From a virus (taxonomy: Duplodnaviria > Caudoviricetes): DNA of 25,226 bases. Where the stretch lies: positions 1-25,226 of IMG/VR virus record IMGVR_UViG_3300005980_000015; one strand, 5' to 3'. Shown here one piece after another: positions 14,891 through 24,731 of the stretch (positions are counted from its first letter, which is position 1; the number at the start of each line of letters is the position of its first letter). A program made the translations under genes and the position numbers. The notes under the pieces were generated by a model, which did no database searches, was not told the DNA's origin, and worked only from the letters and a program-made list of their open reading frames with translations.

Positions 14891-15856
14891 ATGAGTAATC
14901 AAGTTTCCGTCAGCCCAGCGAAGTCACTCAACGACTTCATGGATAAATACAAGGGTCAGATCGCCCTGGCCCTCCCGAAGCACATTACGGCAGACCGCAT
15001 GGTCCGCCTGGCGATGACCTCGTTCAGCCAGAACTCCGCGCTGCAGCAGTGCGACATGCACAGCATCTTCGCCTCGGTGATCGTCGCCGCCCAGTTGGGC
15101 CTGGAGATCGGCGTGGGCGGGCAGGGCTACCTGGTTCCCTACGGCGGCAAGGCCACTTTCGTGCCCGGCTGGCAGGGGTTGGTCGACCTGGTCTCCCGCG
15201 CTGGCCGCGCCACGGTCTGGACGGGTGCCGTGTATGCCGGCGACGAATTCGAGTGGGCGCTGGGCGACCGGCCCTTCGTGACCCATCGACCAAAAGGCGG
15301 CGGCGATACCTGGCGCGATATCACCCACGTCTACGCCATTGGCCGCGTGAACGGCAGCGAATATCCGGTGATGGAGGTTTGGAGCATGGAGCGCGTTGTG
15401 CGCCATCTCAACAAATTCAACAAGGTCGGCGCCCGGCACTACGCCCTGGAGAAGGACGGCCAAAACATGGAAATGTACGCCCGTAAGGTCGTCCTCCTGC
15501 AGGTGCTCAAGTACATGCCGAAGTCGATCGAGGTGCAGCGCGCGGTGGAAGTGGCGCAGGTGGCCGACACCGGCAAGAGCTTTACCTTCGACGGTGAGGT
15601 TGTGACCGTCAAGGACATCGACGACCAGGGCGGCAGCGACGCCGTCGACCAGTCCACAGGCGAGGTGAACGGTTCCGCGGGCGCGCTGCCGATTTGCTCC
15701 GAGGACGATTTCAAGAAGAACAGCGCCGTCTGGCGCAAGCAGATCCTCGACAAGAAGAAGAGCGTCGCCGAACTCGTCGCATTCATTCAAACCCGCACGC
15801 TGCTGACTGACGAGCAGAAAACCACCATCGACGCCTGGAGCCACGAAAATGACTAA
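14891..15856 (+). CDS. recT: RecT-family ssDNA-annealing recombinase
   Basis: IALALPKHITADRMVR, AAQLGLE...GQGYLVPY, GWQGLVDL..RAG, EMYARKVVL.QVLKYMPKSIE. Confidence 0.93.
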   Translation: MSNQVSVSPAKSLNDFMDKYKGQIALALPKHITADRMVRLAMTSFSQNSALQQCDMHSIFASVIVAAQLGLEIGVGGQGYLVPYGGKATFVPGWQGLVDLVSRAGRATVWTGAVYAGDEFEWALGDRPFVTHRPKGGGDTWRDITHVYAIGRVNGSEYPVMEVWSMERVVRHLNKFNKVGARHYALEKDGQNMEMYARKVVLLQVLKYMPKSIEVQRAVEVAQVADTGKSFTFDGEVVTVKDIDDQGGSDAVDQSTGEVNGSAGALPICSEDDFKKNSAVWRKQILDKKKSVAELVAFIQTRTLLTDEQKTTIDAWSHEND

Positions 15857-17594
15857 GACCACCCATACCCTGGTACAGGGATCGCCAGACTGGCAGCAAT
15901 ATCGCCTCTCGATGTTCGGCGCCAGTGAAGCCGCCGCGATGCTGGGCCTGTCGTCGAAGGTCAGCCGCACCGAGCTGCTCCACATGAAGCACACCGGCAC
16001 ACCGAAGGAATTCAGCGACTGGGTGCAGGCCAACATCCTGGACTACGGCCACCAGGTGGAAGCGCTGGCGCGCCCAATGGCGGAGGAAATCTTGGCCACC
16101 GAGCTCTACCCAGTGACCTGCTCGATCGGGCGCCTGTCGGCATCGTGCGACGGTTTGACTATGGCTGAGGATGTCGCCTGGGAGCACAAACAGTGGAACG
16201 AGGCCCTGGCCGCGTCGGTTGCCGAGGGCGTGCTGCCCGACGAATACCAGCCGCAGTGCCAGCAAATCATGATGATCACTGGCGCCGGCATTTTGCTGTT
16301 CATGGTGTCCGACGGCACGCTCGACAACATGGTCACCATGTACGTGCAGCCGTCCGATGAATGGCAGGAGCGCATCCGCGCTGGCTGGGCCCAGTTCGAA
16401 GCCGACCTGGCCGTCTACGAGCCGAAGCAGTTCACCCCGAAGCCTGCGGCCAAGCCGATCATGCAGCTGCCCGCCCTGGTGATCCAGATCCGCGGCGAGG
16501 TGGCTGTGACCAACCTGCCCGTGTTCCAGGCCAAGGCCGACGCTTTCATCGTCAGCATCAAGACGGACCTGCTGACCGACGAGGACTTCGCCAACGCCGA
16601 GGAAGCCATCAAATTCTGCGACAAGGCAGAGAAGAGCCTGGAGCAGGCCAAGGCGGCCGCGATCGCCCAAACGGCTGACATCGACGAGCTGATGCGCACG
16701 GTCGACCACATTAGCGCCCAACTGCGCGAGAAGCGCCTGCTGCTGACCCGCACGGTCAAGGACAAGAAGGAACTGCTCAAGGCCGGCATCCTGGCCAAGG
16801 TGAAGCTGGACTTCCAGGAACACGTGGCCGCGCTGGAGCAGGAACTGGCGCCGCTGCGCCTGGTGTATCAGGCCCGCGACTTCGCCGGCGCCATGAAGAA
16901 CAAGCGCACGCTGGCCAGCCTGCACGACGCCGTCGACACCGAGCTGGCGGCCGGCAAGATCAGTGTCGACGCGCTGGCCAAGGCCGTGCGCGGGCGCCTG
17001 GCCTGGTACATGCAAAACGCCGCCGGGTTCGAGTTCCTGTTTGCCGATCTCCAGCAGCTGATCCAGAAGCCAGACGAAGATTTCCACCTGGCCGTCACCA
17101 GCCGCATCGACGCGCGCAAAGCGGCCGATGAAGCGGATCGCAAGCGGATCCAGGCCGAGGCAGATGCCGAGGCCGCGCGGAAGGCGGAAGCCGCACGAGC
17201 GCAGCAGGAACTGGCCGCCGCACAAGCCGATCCGCAGGGCGCTGAATTGTCGCCAGCAGCCCAGGAACTGAATGAGCAGGAAGGCGCTGCACGTATGGCC
17301 GCAGCCCACCCTGTACTGGCAAAAAGGGTTCTGGCGCCGGCGGCAGCCTGGCCGTTTCCAACCGACCGGCCGCCAGCGGCTGCGCCCACCACGCCCGCCA
17401 GCCTGCGCCTCGGCCAGATCGTCGACCGCCTCGGCTTCACGGTCACCGCCGACTTCCTGCGCACCTTGGGCTTCGAGCCGGCCGCCCGCGAGCGCGCCGC
17501 CATGCTGTACCACGAGCAGGACTTCCCGAACATGTGCGCCGCCCTCGTGCGCCACATCAACAACGTGCGCGCCGGCCTGGCCGTCGCCGCGTAA
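15849..17594 (+). CDS. YqaJ-like (lambda Exo family) exonuclease with long coiled-coil C-terminus
   Basis: QGSPDWQQYR...GASEAAAMLG, GHQVEALAR, SASCDG, WEHK, YQPQCQQ; adjacent to recT. Confidence 0.92.
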   Translation: MTKTTHTLVQGSPDWQQYRLSMFGASEAAAMLGLSSKVSRTELLHMKHTGTPKEFSDWVQANILDYGHQVEALARPMAEEILATELYPVTCSIGRLSASCDGLTMAEDVAWEHKQWNEALAASVAEGVLPDEYQPQCQQIMMITGAGILLFMVSDGTLDNMVTMYVQPSDEWQERIRAGWAQFEADLAVYEPKQFTPKPAAKPIMQLPALVIQIRGEVAVTNLPVFQAKADAFIVSIKTDLLTDEDFANAEEAIKFCDKAEKSLEQAKAAAIAQTADIDELMRTVDHISAQLREKRLLLTRTVKDKKELLKAGILAKVKLDFQEHVAALEQELAPLRLVYQARDFAGAMKNKRTLASLHDAVDTELAAGKISVDALAKAVRGRLAWYMQNAAGFEFLFADLQQLIQKPDEDFHLAVTSRIDARKAADEADRKRIQAEADAEAARKAEAARAQQELAAAQADPQGAELSPAAQELNEQEGAARMAAAHPVLAKRVLAPAAAWPFPTDRPPAAAPTTPASLRLGQIVDRLGFTVTADFLRTLGFEPAARERAAMLYHEQDFPNMCAALVRHINNVRAGLAVAA

Positions 17595-17620
17595 CGCCCA
17601 CCCACCACCAGGAGAGCAGC

Positions 17621-17875
17621 ATGGAAACAGCAGTCAGCATTCCAATGAACAAGGTCGAGTCCTCGCAAATCGCCGCCATTGGCCACGACCCCGAGACCAG
17701 CACGCTGGCCATCCAGTTCCACGGCAAGGGCGGGGCTCCGGGCAGCGTCTACCACTACCAGAACTTCGACGCCGACCAGTTCCGCGAGTTCGCCGGCGCG
17801 CCGTCGGTGGGCTCGCACTTCTACAAGCACATCAAGGGCGAGACCGAAAAGCACCCGTACACGAAGGTCAGCTAA
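17621..17875 (+). CDS. KTSC-domain protein
   Basis: VESSQIAAIGHDPETSTLAIQF...VYHY...APSVGSHFYKHIK; SD AGGAG. Confidence 0.88.
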   Translation: METAVSIPMNKVESSQIAAIGHDPETSTLAIQFHGKGGAPGSVYHYQNFDADQFREFAGAPSVGSHFYKHIKGETEKHPYTKVS

Positions 17876-17877
17876 GC

Positions 17878-18111
17878 ATGCCGATCACGCGCCTTTCCGC
17901 CTGGGTCGCCTTGAGGTGCAAGGAGCCGCTGTTCTGGCGGTTTCTCAAGGTGCAGAACGAGGCCAGCGCCGTCCACCAGGTGCGCACGCTGTGCCGAGTG
18001 ACGTCGCGGGCCGAGTTCGACCGCGACCCGGGCGCGAAGGCGCGCCTCGACGAGATTATCCGTTTTCCATTTATGAAGTTCACCCGACAGGAGCAGGGCG
18101 ATGAATTCTGA
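17878..18111 (+). CDS. Phage hypothetical protein
   Basis: MPITRLSAW...CKEPLFWRFL...LCRVTSRAEFD; 77 aa, fills the gap between KTSC and HNH. Confidence 0.7.
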   Translation: MPITRLSAWVALRCKEPLFWRFLKVQNEASAVHQVRTLCRVTSRAEFDRDPGAKARLDEIIRFPFMKFTRQEQGDEF

Positions 18112-18625
18112 GCTGCGGGCAATCGCAGGTTACCTCGGGCTCTACTCGATTACTGAGGACGGTAGGGTCTGGTCTCACCTCCGGACGGCGCGGGGAAGTT
18201 GCGGTAGTCGGCGCGCGGTGGGCGGTCGTTGGCTGCGACCGGCGCTTGTGAGGGGCTACCCCGTAGTTCATCTTGCGTCCCCGGATGGTAGCGGCATGCG
18301 CAACTTCTACGTGCATCGCCTTGTTGCTGAAACCTGGAATGCTGACGTGGCTTCGGCCGGCAACCAGGTGAATCATCGCAACGGAGAAAAGACCCAAGCC
18401 AACATTACAAATCTCGAATGGTGCTCGCCCAGTTACAACATGGCCCATTCCTACGCAATTGGACTGCGCGCTCAGCGGCGGCGTTTCTCTGATGTTGAAG
18501 TATGTGCAATCCGAACCGCGCGCGCTACTGGCGAAACAATCCGTTCGCTCGCCGCCCGGTTCAAGGCGCCGGTGTCGACCGTATGGCTGGCGGCCGAGAA
18601 ATATCATCCAACTAACAAGGAGTAA
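18101..18625 (+). CDS. HNH homing endonuclease (NUMOD4-like + HNH + HTH)
   Basis: GYLGLYSITEDGRVWS, VHRLVA, VNHRNGEKTQANITNLEW...N. Confidence 0.88.
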   Translation: MNSELRAIAGYLGLYSITEDGRVWSHLRTARGSCGSRRAVGGRWLRPALVRGYPVVHLASPDGSGMRNFYVHRLVAETWNADVASAGNQVNHRNGEKTQANITNLEWCSPSYNMAHSYAIGLRAQRRRFSDVEVCAIRTARATGETIRSLAARFKAPVSTVWLAAEKYHPTNKE

Positions 18626-18627
18626 AG

Positions 18628-19155
18628 ATGTTCGAAATGACCCAGACGGTAAAACTCGCCAACGTGAACCCGCGCGCGGAGAAGCACGGCGAAGACACCA
18701 AGCCTGCCCTCGACCTCAAGATCGAGGCCACATGCGCCAGCACCGCGCTGATCCACTTCCACAGCGAACTGCGCCAGCACCTCTTCAAGAAAGACGAAAA
18801 CCCCGACCTGGTCGACCAGGTGGTGGAGAACGACGGCCTCACCCAGCTGCGCTACCCGAAGATGGGCGCCATCAAGTGGGACATCGAGATGACCGGCTAC
18901 ACCGCCGAGGTGGACTATGGCATGGGCGGCGACAGCAACATCGTCCTGAACGATGTGAAGCTCGACCACTTCACCATCGAGGCGCTGAACGGTGGGTCCG
19001 TCTCGATCACGTTCCGCATGATTGCCCACCCGGACGCGGCGGACGTCGGCAAGCTGTGCGAATTCATCCAGCGCGATATCGAACTGGTGCTGACGCCGCC
19101 GGAGCCGAAGACGGCCGCCGACCTGTTCCCCGATGACATGCGCAAGGCCGCCTGA
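18628..19155 (+). CDS. Conserved phage hypothetical protein
   Basis: 175 aa, SD AAGGAG, strong GC3 codon bias; VNPRAEKHGED..PALDLK. Confidence 0.8.
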   Translation: MFEMTQTVKLANVNPRAEKHGEDTKPALDLKIEATCASTALIHFHSELRQHLFKKDENPDLVDQVVENDGLTQLRYPKMGAIKWDIEMTGYTAEVDYGMGGDSNIVLNDVKLDHFTIEALNGGSVSITFRMIAHPDAADVGKLCEFIQRDIELVLTPPEPKTAADLFPDDMRKAA

Positions 19156-19157
19156 TC

Positions 19158-19586
19158 ATGTCGCGCAACAACTTCACCTTCGCCACTCCCAAGGCCCAGG
19201 CGGTCATGCAGTCGATCCTCGACCTGCTGGGAAAGGGCGCGGCCACGACGCTCGAGCTGGCCGCCGCGGTCGACAAGGCCCGCTGCACCACGGTTTTCTA
19301 CCTCGCGCATTTGCGCAAGCAGGGCAAGGTGGTCTGCTTGGTCGAATCGACCGTCCGGCCGAAGAACGGCAGCGCGCCCGGCGTCTGGGCGCTCAACGTG
19401 CCGGATGCGCCGACCGACCACGTGCCCCCGGTCGTCGAAGAGGACTTCTCGGACGACGATGACGAGTTCGACCGCTTCCCGCGCCGGGTGGTGGTGCGCA
19501 AGCAGTGGGCGCCGCTGCACATCCGCATGCCTCTGGACTGCTACCTGTTCGGCGTGCCGGCGGTGCTGCAGGGAGCGGCGGCATGA
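19158..19586 (+). CDS. Winged-HTH-like hypothetical protein
   Basis: ILDLL...ATTLELAAAVDKARCTTVFYLAHLRKQGKV, followed by an acidic tract. Confidence 0.65.
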   Translation: MSRNNFTFATPKAQAVMQSILDLLGKGAATTLELAAAVDKARCTTVFYLAHLRKQGKVVCLVESTVRPKNGSAPGVWALNVPDAPTDHVPPVVEEDFSDDDDEFDRFPRRVVVRKQWAPLHIRMPLDCYLFGVPAVLQGAAA

Positions 19587-21646
19587 AGCGCGACCGCATG
19601 ACAATGCCGCTCGACTTGGGCAGTGAGCTGATCATCGACAACTTCGCCGGCGGCGGGGGCACCAGCACTGGCCTGGAGCGCGCGTTCGGTCGCCCCGTCG
19701 ACATCGCCATCAACCACGACCCCGAAGCCCTGGCAATGCATGCCATCAACCACCCGCATACTCAGCACCTGTGCGAGAGCGTTTGGGACGTGGACCCGAT
19801 CAAGGTCACGAACAACCGTCCCGTCGGCTTGGTGTGGCTGTCCCCCGACTGCAAGCATTTCAGCAAGGCCAAGGGCGGCAAGCCGGTCGAGAAAAAGATT
19901 CGCGGCCTGGCCTGGGTGACGCTGCGCTGGGCGGCGAAGTGCAAGCCGCGCGTCATCATGCTGGAGAACGTCGAGGAATTCAAAACCTGGGGCCCGCTGC
20001 TCTGCGACGCCGACGGCAATTGGAAGCCCGACCCTGCCAAACGCGGCAAGACCTTCGACAGCTTTATCCGCCAGCTGCAGGCCCACGGCTACACGGTCGA
20101 CCACCGCGAGCTGCGCGCCAGCGACCACGCCACGCCCACCATCCGCAAGCGCTTCTTCCTGGTGGCGCGGCGCGACGGCCTGCCCATTCTCTGGCCGAAG
20201 GCCACCCACGGCGCGCCGACGTCGCCCGGCGTCCTGGCCGGCAAACTGCTGCCACACCGCACGGCCGCCGAGTGCATCGACTGGTCGCTGCCATGCCCCA
20301 GCATCTTCGAACGCAAGCGCCCGCTGGCCGACGCCACGCTGCGCCGCATCGCCAAGGGGATCATGCGCTACGTCGTCGACTCGGCGCAGCCTTTCATCGT
20401 CGGGCAGGGCGGCCCCGTCTTTTCGGGCAAGCCCGTGCCGGCTGGCCAGCCGATGGGCACGATCACGACGGAGAGCCATCGTTCTATCGTCGTGCCCAGC
20501 ATCGTCCCGGTGACGCACCAGGGCGGCGACCGCAGCGAATCGATCAATGAGCCGTTCCGCACGATCACGGGCGCCCAGCGCGGCGAGAAGGCGCTGGCAT
20601 CCGCCACGTTGGTCCAGGTCGGGTACGGGGAACGCGAAGGCCAGGCGCCGCGCGCGCTGGACATTGAAAAGCCGCTGGGCACGGTGGTCTGCGCGTCCAA
20701 AGCAGCCCTTGTCACGGCATTCCTGAATCAGCACGCCAATTCGACCAGCCAACGCGTGATGGCGGCGGACGCTCCGCTGCATACGATTTGCGCGCAGGTC
20801 AAGGGCGGCCACTTCGGATTGGTATCGGCAGCGCTGGTGGGCGTCGGCGGCCGGGCCGGGGATAGTCGGCCACGTGGCGCCGACGAGCCAGCGGCAACGA
20901 TCACGGCAAAGGGCGACACAGCGTTGGCCGTCGCGTTCATGGCGCAGCACAACAAAGAGCGGACGGGCGTGAAGGCTGGCCGCCCAGTTGATGCGCCGAT
21001 ATCGACGATCACGGCCAGCGCCTCACAGCAAGGTTTGGTCGCGGCGCACTTGACCCCGTATTACAGCGATAAGCGGCCATCGGATGCGCGTGGTCAGACG
21101 CCGGATGCACCGATTCCGACCATTCCGACCGAGAATCGACATGCCTTAGTCGCCAGCAGTTTGGTGAAGCTGCGCGGCACCAGCACGGCGGCCGCTACCG
21201 ACGACCCCCTGGGCACGATCAGCGCCCAGGGCCAGCACCACGCCGAGGTGCGCGCCTTCCTGCTCAGCTACTACGGGGTCGATCAGGATCCGCGCATTGG
21301 CGGCCCGCTTGCCACGGTCACCAGCCGCGACCGCTTCGGACTGGTCACCATTCACGGTCAGGACTACCAGATCGTCGACATCGGCCTGCGCATGCTGGCG
21401 CCGCACGAGCTCTACCGTGCGCAGGGCTTCCCGGCGCACTACATCATCAACGAAATTCCGGACCCGGCCCTGCTGTTCGCCGGCGGACACCAAGCCGTGG
21501 CCGATCCGCTGTCGCTGCCGCGCGTGCCGCTGACGAAGTCGGCGCAGGTGCGCATGTGCGGCAATTCGGTCTGCCCACCACTATCGGAGGCGCTGATCCG
21601 CGCCAACTTTGCCCACGAACGCGAACTTGCCCAGGAGGCTGCATGA
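19583..21646 (+). CDS. C5 DNA cytosine methyltransferase (orphan, phage type)
   Basis: Motif I DNFAGGGG, IV SPDCKHFS, VI ENVEEF, VIII TIRKRFF, IX RML..HEL..AQGFP, X GNSV. Start at 19583 (ATGA overlap), 687 aa. Confidence 0.95.
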   Translation: MKRDRMTMPLDLGSELIIDNFAGGGGTSTGLERAFGRPVDIAINHDPEALAMHAINHPHTQHLCESVWDVDPIKVTNNRPVGLVWLSPDCKHFSKAKGGKPVEKKIRGLAWVTLRWAAKCKPRVIMLENVEEFKTWGPLLCDADGNWKPDPAKRGKTFDSFIRQLQAHGYTVDHRELRASDHATPTIRKRFFLVARRDGLPILWPKATHGAPTSPGVLAGKLLPHRTAAECIDWSLPCPSIFERKRPLADATLRRIAKGIMRYVVDSAQPFIVGQGGPVFSGKPVPAGQPMGTITTESHRSIVVPSIVPVTHQGGDRSESINEPFRTITGAQRGEKALASATLVQVGYGEREGQAPRALDIEKPLGTVVCASKAALVTAFLNQHANSTSQRVMAADAPLHTICAQVKGGHFGLVSAALVGVGGRAGDSRPRGADEPAATITAKGDTALAVAFMAQHNKERTGVKAGRPVDAPISTITASASQQGLVAAHLTPYYSDKRPSDARGQTPDAPIPTIPTENRHALVASSLVKLRGTSTAAATDDPLGTISAQGQHHAEVRAFLLSYYGVDQDPRIGGPLATVTSRDRFGLVTIHGQDYQIVDIGLRMLAPHELYRAQGFPAHYIINEIPDPALLFAGGHQAVADPLSLPRVPLTKSAQVRMCGNSVCPPLSEALIRANFAHERELAQEAA

Positions 21647-22389
21647 ACCGCCCCACCAAAGCCCAGCTGAGCGACGCCATCCTGGCCTACGGCGCCGCCA
21701 GTGAGAGCGTAATGATCGAGCCGAAGCGGGTAGGCGCTGCGAAGGCGCTCAACGACGCCCAGCAGCACGTGATCGAGCTGGTGGAGGCGTTGTATGCGTC
21801 GGCCATTCCTGCCAGCGCTCCTAGCGGGGAAATTAGCGAAGACCCGCGCGACGATCTGATCGCACGATTGCGCAAGCAGGTTGACGATGCCAATGGCCGC
21901 TTGTCAGATTTTGAATCGCGTAACGGCCCTGGTGTTGCGCCCCAGCCGGTCGCTGCTGCACAGGCAGTGCTGGAAGGGTTTCGCCCGACCGACGATGAGT
22001 TGTGGGACGCCACTTTGCGTGACCGGGACGCTTACCATGACATGGCTGACCAACTTGCCGCGCAGATCGCTGCGATGACAGAAGTGGAAATTGGAGAGCA
22101 TTCCAATATGAATGACCCATGGCGTAACGCACTGATCGCTGGCGACGAATTTATTGCGGAAAAGTTCAAGGAGTTCGTTAGCGCTCATTCCCTTGCCTCC
22201 CCATCTCCAGCAGCACAAAAAGATGCACAAGGGGCGGTGCCTCGCACCCCTACAGAGGCAATGCTAATCGCTGCCCGCGACTGGTCCGTAAAGAAAATGG
22301 GGCGTGGTGTTGGGAATGGACCCGCTACTGAGTGCTGGCAAGCGATGTACGACGCTGCGCAGCCAACCGACACCACGAAGGGGGCGTGA
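21643..22389 (+). CDS. Mosaic phage hypothetical protein
   Basis: SD AGGAGG, ATGA-coupled MNRPTK. Modules IGEHSNMNDPW and VPRTPTEAML...WQAMYDAA. Confidence 0.7.
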   Translation: MNRPTKAQLSDAILAYGAASESVMIEPKRVGAAKALNDAQQHVIELVEALYASAIPASAPSGEISEDPRDDLIARLRKQVDDANGRLSDFESRNGPGVAPQPVAAAQAVLEGFRPTDDELWDATLRDRDAYHDMADQLAAQIAAMTEVEIGEHSNMNDPWRNALIAGDEFIAEKFKEFVSAHSLASPSPAAQKDAQGAVPRTPTEAMLIAARDWSVKKMGRGVGNGPATECWQAMYDAAQPTDTTKGA

Positions 22390-22625
22390 TGGAACTCGTT
22401 ATCTCTGCCTTCGGGCCAAGCATCACAGACCAGTGCTTTGCTGCTGGCATGGCGCCAATGGGCATGGCGCTCGAACTGGTCGAACGCATCAGCAAGGCCA
22501 TCACGCTCTGCCACATTCAGGGCATGCTGACCGACAGTGAATGCGATAAGGCGCGCACCCGCATGATCAAGGCCGCCAAGTTCCAGCAAGTTGCTCCAGC
22601 CACTATCACCAAGGACACACCATGA
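22389..22625 (+). CDS. Phage hypothetical protein
   Basis: TGATG-coupled MELVISAFG; 78 aa; GMLTDSECDKARTR. Confidence 0.65.
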   Translation: MELVISAFGPSITDQCFAAGMAPMGMALELVERISKAITLCHIQGMLTDSECDKARTRMIKAAKFQQVAPATITKDTP

Positions 22626-23374
22626 CCAATCCCATCCCTGGCGCTGACAGCGAACCAGAATTGCCGCCTCTGCACGAGGGGCGCATATACGACACAGAAT
22701 CTGGACCTCGGCCTCGCTACACCCCGTCAGAAATGCGGTCATTCGCCAAGAAATCCGTTATGGCCGACCGCAATCGGTTCCCCCGTGCTGCCGCCAAGGT
22801 AGGCGCTGATGTAGCGATGTCGAACATCGGCAAATACGATGTGCTGCCCGTCTACAAACGGCAGGCGCGTGGCGTGCAAAACGGCGATGTCGTGCTGGAA
22901 GAATTCTACGCCGCCGACGACGTTCGCAAATACCTCGCTGCTGGTGCGCCAGCCGAGACGCCGAATCCGGACACCTGCGCGGAAATGCGCGCGCTGTGCG
23001 AATACTGCGGTGGAACTGGTGACGTTCACAGTGTTGAGGGTGAATGGCACGGGCGCTGCGTTTGCCCTGCTGGTGCCGCCCAAGCTGCGCCAGTACAGCC
23101 TGCCACGAGCGAGAAGCAGCGGGCGCGGGATGCGGCGACCACGCCCAGCATCGTGCGCCAGGGCGATGTGCTGACCTGCACCGGCTGCGGAACATCGTCG
23201 CCCGCCGAAAACCTGATCCCGACGACGCCCTCGCACCATCCGGCCGGCACGGTCTGGACCGACGAGGAGCGCGAGGTGTTCCGCAAAAGCCTGCGCCTGG
23301 GCAACCGCTGCGCGGAATGCGGCGTGATCGAGGGCGGCGCCCACCACGAGAACTGCCAAGGGGGTGGGGCATGA
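22622..23374 (+). CDS. Mosaic protein with several CxxC zinc-binding modules
   Basis: CEYCGGTG...CVC, CTGCG, CAECG...H...C. Confidence 0.65.
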   Translation: MTNPIPGADSEPELPPLHEGRIYDTESGPRPRYTPSEMRSFAKKSVMADRNRFPRAAAKVGADVAMSNIGKYDVLPVYKRQARGVQNGDVVLEEFYAADDVRKYLAAGAPAETPNPDTCAEMRALCEYCGGTGDVHSVEGEWHGRCVCPAGAAQAAPVQPATSEKQRARDAATTPSIVRQGDVLTCTGCGTSSPAENLIPTTPSHHPAGTVWTDEEREVFRKSLRLGNRCAECGVIEGGAHHENCQGGGA

Positions 23375-24087
23375 AAGAACGTCCGATCCTCTTCCAGGGC
23401 GCCATGGTGCGCGCCATCCTGGACGGCAGCAAGACGCAGACGCGGCGGATCATGAAGCCGCAGCCGGAGCCGAACCCTAACCGATCAGGTGACCACTGGT
23501 GGCCGTGCAATGCCTTCCAGTCGATGCTGAGCGTTTCTGAGACGCGCGCACCTGGTGCCCACGGCATGGCGGGCGATGCCTGTCCATATGGCGCGCACGG
23601 CGACCGCCTGTGGGTGCGAGAGAGCTATCGCTTCACCGATGCGTTCAACACCGACAGCCCGGCACGCGTGGCCGAGCGCTGCCTCGATGCTGGCTACAGA
23701 TCGCCATGGGCGCCAACTCATTACGAGGCCGACTGCGCGCGCCGTGACTGGAAGCACGTTGGTACGCCGCCGCACGATGGCGTCCCAAAAGCCGGCAAAG
23801 TACGCCCAAGCATTCATATGCCGCGCTGGGCCTGTCGCATCCTGCTGGAGATCGTGTCGGTGCGCGTCGAGCGGCTGCAGGACATCAGCGAGCCGGACGC
23901 GCGCGACGAAGGAATCACCGACGGTGGCTGCGTCTGCTGCGGCGATCCGGAACCCTGCGGCTGCCCGAACCCATCGCCGGACGCGCGCGACGCCTACTGC
24001 GCATTGTGGGAAAGCATCAACGGCGCCGGCAGCTGGGCTGCCAATCCCTGGGTGTGGGTGGTCGAGTTCAAGCGGGTGGCGCCATGA
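23371..24087 (+). CDS. ASCH/PUA-like phage protein (MKERPILF family)
   Basis: MKERPILF...MVRAILDGSKTQTRR, GDRLWVRE, PSIHMPRWA, VRVERLQDISE, NPWVWVVEF. Confidence 0.8.
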   Translation: MKERPILFQGAMVRAILDGSKTQTRRIMKPQPEPNPNRSGDHWWPCNAFQSMLSVSETRAPGAHGMAGDACPYGAHGDRLWVRESYRFTDAFNTDSPARVAERCLDAGYRSPWAPTHYEADCARRDWKHVGTPPHDGVPKAGKVRPSIHMPRWACRILLEIVSVRVERLQDISEPDARDEGITDGGCVCCGDPEPCGCPNPSPDARDAYCALWESINGAGSWAANPWVWVVEFKRVAP

Positions 24088-24731
24088 TCACCGCCTACCC
24101 GCTGCAGTGGCCTTCTGGCTGGCCGCGCACGCCCGCCGGCGCCGCCAAGTATGGCAAGTTCGGCACCTCAACGAAAAAAGCTGGCCAGCAATGGCGCAGC
24201 ATTGCCGACATTACACTGTCGCAGGCTACCCAGCGCGTGCTGGCCGAGCTCGACCGCATGGGCATCGACCGCGACGACATCGTCATCTCCACCAACGTGG
24301 CGCTGCGGCTCGATGGCTTACCCCGCTCGGGCCAGCGCGCGCCGCAGGACGCCGGCGCCGCCGTTTACTGGAAGGCGCGCGGCGGCGCTGCCCGGGTCAT
24401 GGCCATCGACCAGTATCACAAGGTCGAGGACAACCTGGCGGCCATCGCGGCCACACTGGACGCAATGCGGGCGATCGAGCGGCACGGCGGCGCGCAGATC
24501 CTGGACCGGGCCTTTACTGGATTCACGGCCCTGCCGGCGCCAGCGGCCGCGCGTGACTGGCAGGCCTTGCTGGAGATAGGCGACCTGCTGCAGCCAACCT
24601 TAGACGACGTGAAAAAAGCATACCGCCGGCTCGCAATGGTGCACCACCCGGATCGCCCGGGTGGATCGCACGCCAAGATGGCGCTATTGAACTCAGCCCT
24701 GGCGGCCGCCGAGCGGGATCTCGCATCGTGA
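24084..24731 (+). CDS. Phage J-domain (DnaJ-like) protein
   Basis: N-terminal AYPLQWP.GWPRT domain; C-terminal VKKAYRRLAMVHHPDRPGG with the HPD motif. Confidence 0.88.
   Translation: MITAYPLQWPSGWPRTPAGAAKYGKFGTSTKKAGQQWRSIADITLSQATQRVLAELDRMGIDRDDIVISTNVALRLDGLPRSGQRAPQDAGAAVYWKARGGAARVMAIDQYHKVEDNLAAIAATLDAMRAIERHGGAQILDRAFTGFTALPAPAAARDWQALLEIGDLLQPTLDDVKKAYRRLAMVHHPDRPGGSHAKMALLNSALAAAERDLAS

Noticed and set aside
14924-20950. Long minus-strand ORFs (14924-16036, 15783-17555, 19541-20950)
   Set aside because: Antisense shadows of recT, the exonuclease and the methyltransferase.
19583-21646. Restriction-modification system
   Set aside because: No cognate endonuclease is adjacent. The HNH at 18101 is of the homing type and is separated by two genes.
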